Assembly: GCF_009914755.1 (NCBI RefSeq)
Contig: NC_060943.1
DNA length: 64,000 nt
Strand: one strand, 5' to 3'
Origin: the human T2T-CHM13v2.0 reference genome, Homo sapiens
Part shown: in pieces, positions 60,737-64,000 of the stretch
Layout of the letters: each line of letters opens with the position of its first letter
Numbering within the stretch: position 1 is the stretch's first letter
Translations under genes and position numbers: made by a program
Notes under the pieces: model-generated
What the model was told of the DNA's origin: nothing
The model's input: only the letters and a program-made list of their open reading frames with translations
The model's database searches: none

Positions 60737-61236
60737 CTATCTCAAAAACAATAACAACGAAAAACCAAGCTGCTTCGTTTTGTCCAGTGGAGACCCCAGG
60801 ATTAGGGTGGGGTACAGGACTGGGGTTTAGGGGTTCAGGCTCCATCCCCAGCCTGGTCCTCATTAGCTAACCTGAGCCAGGTCTGCAGCTGGTGTCAGTG
60901 CTGCTGTTTGGGGGTTGGGGAGAACGTTGAAGTCACGCCTAGCAGCCAGGGAAGGGGGAAGGACACCCCACAAAGCATGCAAGCGGCAGGGCATTCTCTC
61001 TCTGTCTTGGCACTCTAGACAGAGGCCCGGGGAGTCTGGGGGTCTCTTGGCAGCTACATCTAGACAGTAGGGGTCATGGGGAATGAGGATGTTGGATGCC
61101 ATGGCCCCAGGGTCTGGGTCATGCTTCACAAGTGCCAGGGTCCTCTGTCTCTTGGGGAGAAAGAGATGAGGGGGGTACAAGTGAGAGGCTGGTGGGGCGA
61201 CTTGTAACAGGTGCTCACTATTCAAGAACAGCATGA

Positions 61237-61792
<556 letters not shown>

Positions 61793-62339
61793 TCAGGGTG
61801 GGGACAGAGGAAGTATAATCTGAGGGATCAAGGCTGAGATGGGGGAGGCACAGGAGGCGGAGGGGACCCAGAGAAGGCAACAGGCCCAGGCTGAAATGTC
61901 AGGAAAGTGATCTTAGAGGAGAATTGAGGCAACAAGGAAAAATGAGCCAAGTAAAGAAAGTGAATGAGGCTGGGTGCAGTGGTTCACGCCTGTAATCCCA
62001 GCACTTTGGGAGGCCAAGGTGGGTGGATCACCTGAGGTCAGGAGTCTGAGATCAGCCTGGCCAACATGGCAAAACCCCGTCTCTACTAAAAATACGGAAA
62101 CTAGCCAGGCATGGGGGTGCATCTATAGTCGCAGCTACTCAGGAGGCTGAGGCACAATAATTGCTTGAACCCGGGAAGTGGAGGTTGCAGTCCGCCAAGA
62201 TTGCACCACTGCACTCCCACCTGGGCAACAGAGTGAGACTCTGTCTCAAAAAAAAAAAAAAAAAAGTGAATGAAAAGGATATAAAAGTAGAAAAATAGCA
62301 TACACAGAAGCCATGGGGCTTATCTAGTGATCTAGCCCC

Positions 62340-63330
<991 letters not shown>

Positions 63331-63479
63331 TCACAAATGTGACACTGTTTTGAGCAGGTGGAGCAGGGAAAGAGTAATTACATTTAGAGAGCTCCCTCTG
63401 GCTGCCGCGTGGAGGTTGGATTAGAGGGCTCAAGAGTGGTGGTCCAGTAGAAAGAACCAAAAAAAAAAAAAAAAAAAAA

Positions 63480-64000
<521 letters not shown>

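Overview
Human genomic DNA, recognisable from the encoded proteins as the 19q13.2 cluster EXOSC5(-) / BCKDHA(+) / B3GNT8(-) / DMAC2 (ATP5SL)(-) / ERICH4(+). It is GC-rich and very Alu-dense. All coding exons of the five genes were rebuilt by hand from splice sites and give intact frames (235, 445, 397, 257 and 130 aa). EXOSC5 and BCKDHA share a head-to-head promoter. The haplotype carries several coding alleles that differ from the reference proteins as I remember them (EXOSC5 M5, BCKDHA H39, B3GNT8 G137). There are no prokaryote-type systems or RNA genes, and most short ORFs in the track are Alu or low-complexity artefacts. Best leads: (1) uncharacterised ERICH4 carries a motif and intron position resembling the LURAP1/FAM89/FAM167 MRCK-adaptor helix. 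(2) EXOSC5 intron 3 is a U12 minor intron with an Alu inserted at its branch site. (3) The DMAC2 poly(A) signal lies in the 5' LTR of an old ERVL provirus whose sister LTR has lost it. (4) A CA-rich VNTR gives a 418-nt AG-free zone before the dual-frame last exon of DMAC2. (5) A solo poly(A) insertion has a perfect 16-bp TSD. Repeat family names and comparisons to other proteins come from remembered consensus sequences and need database confirmation.
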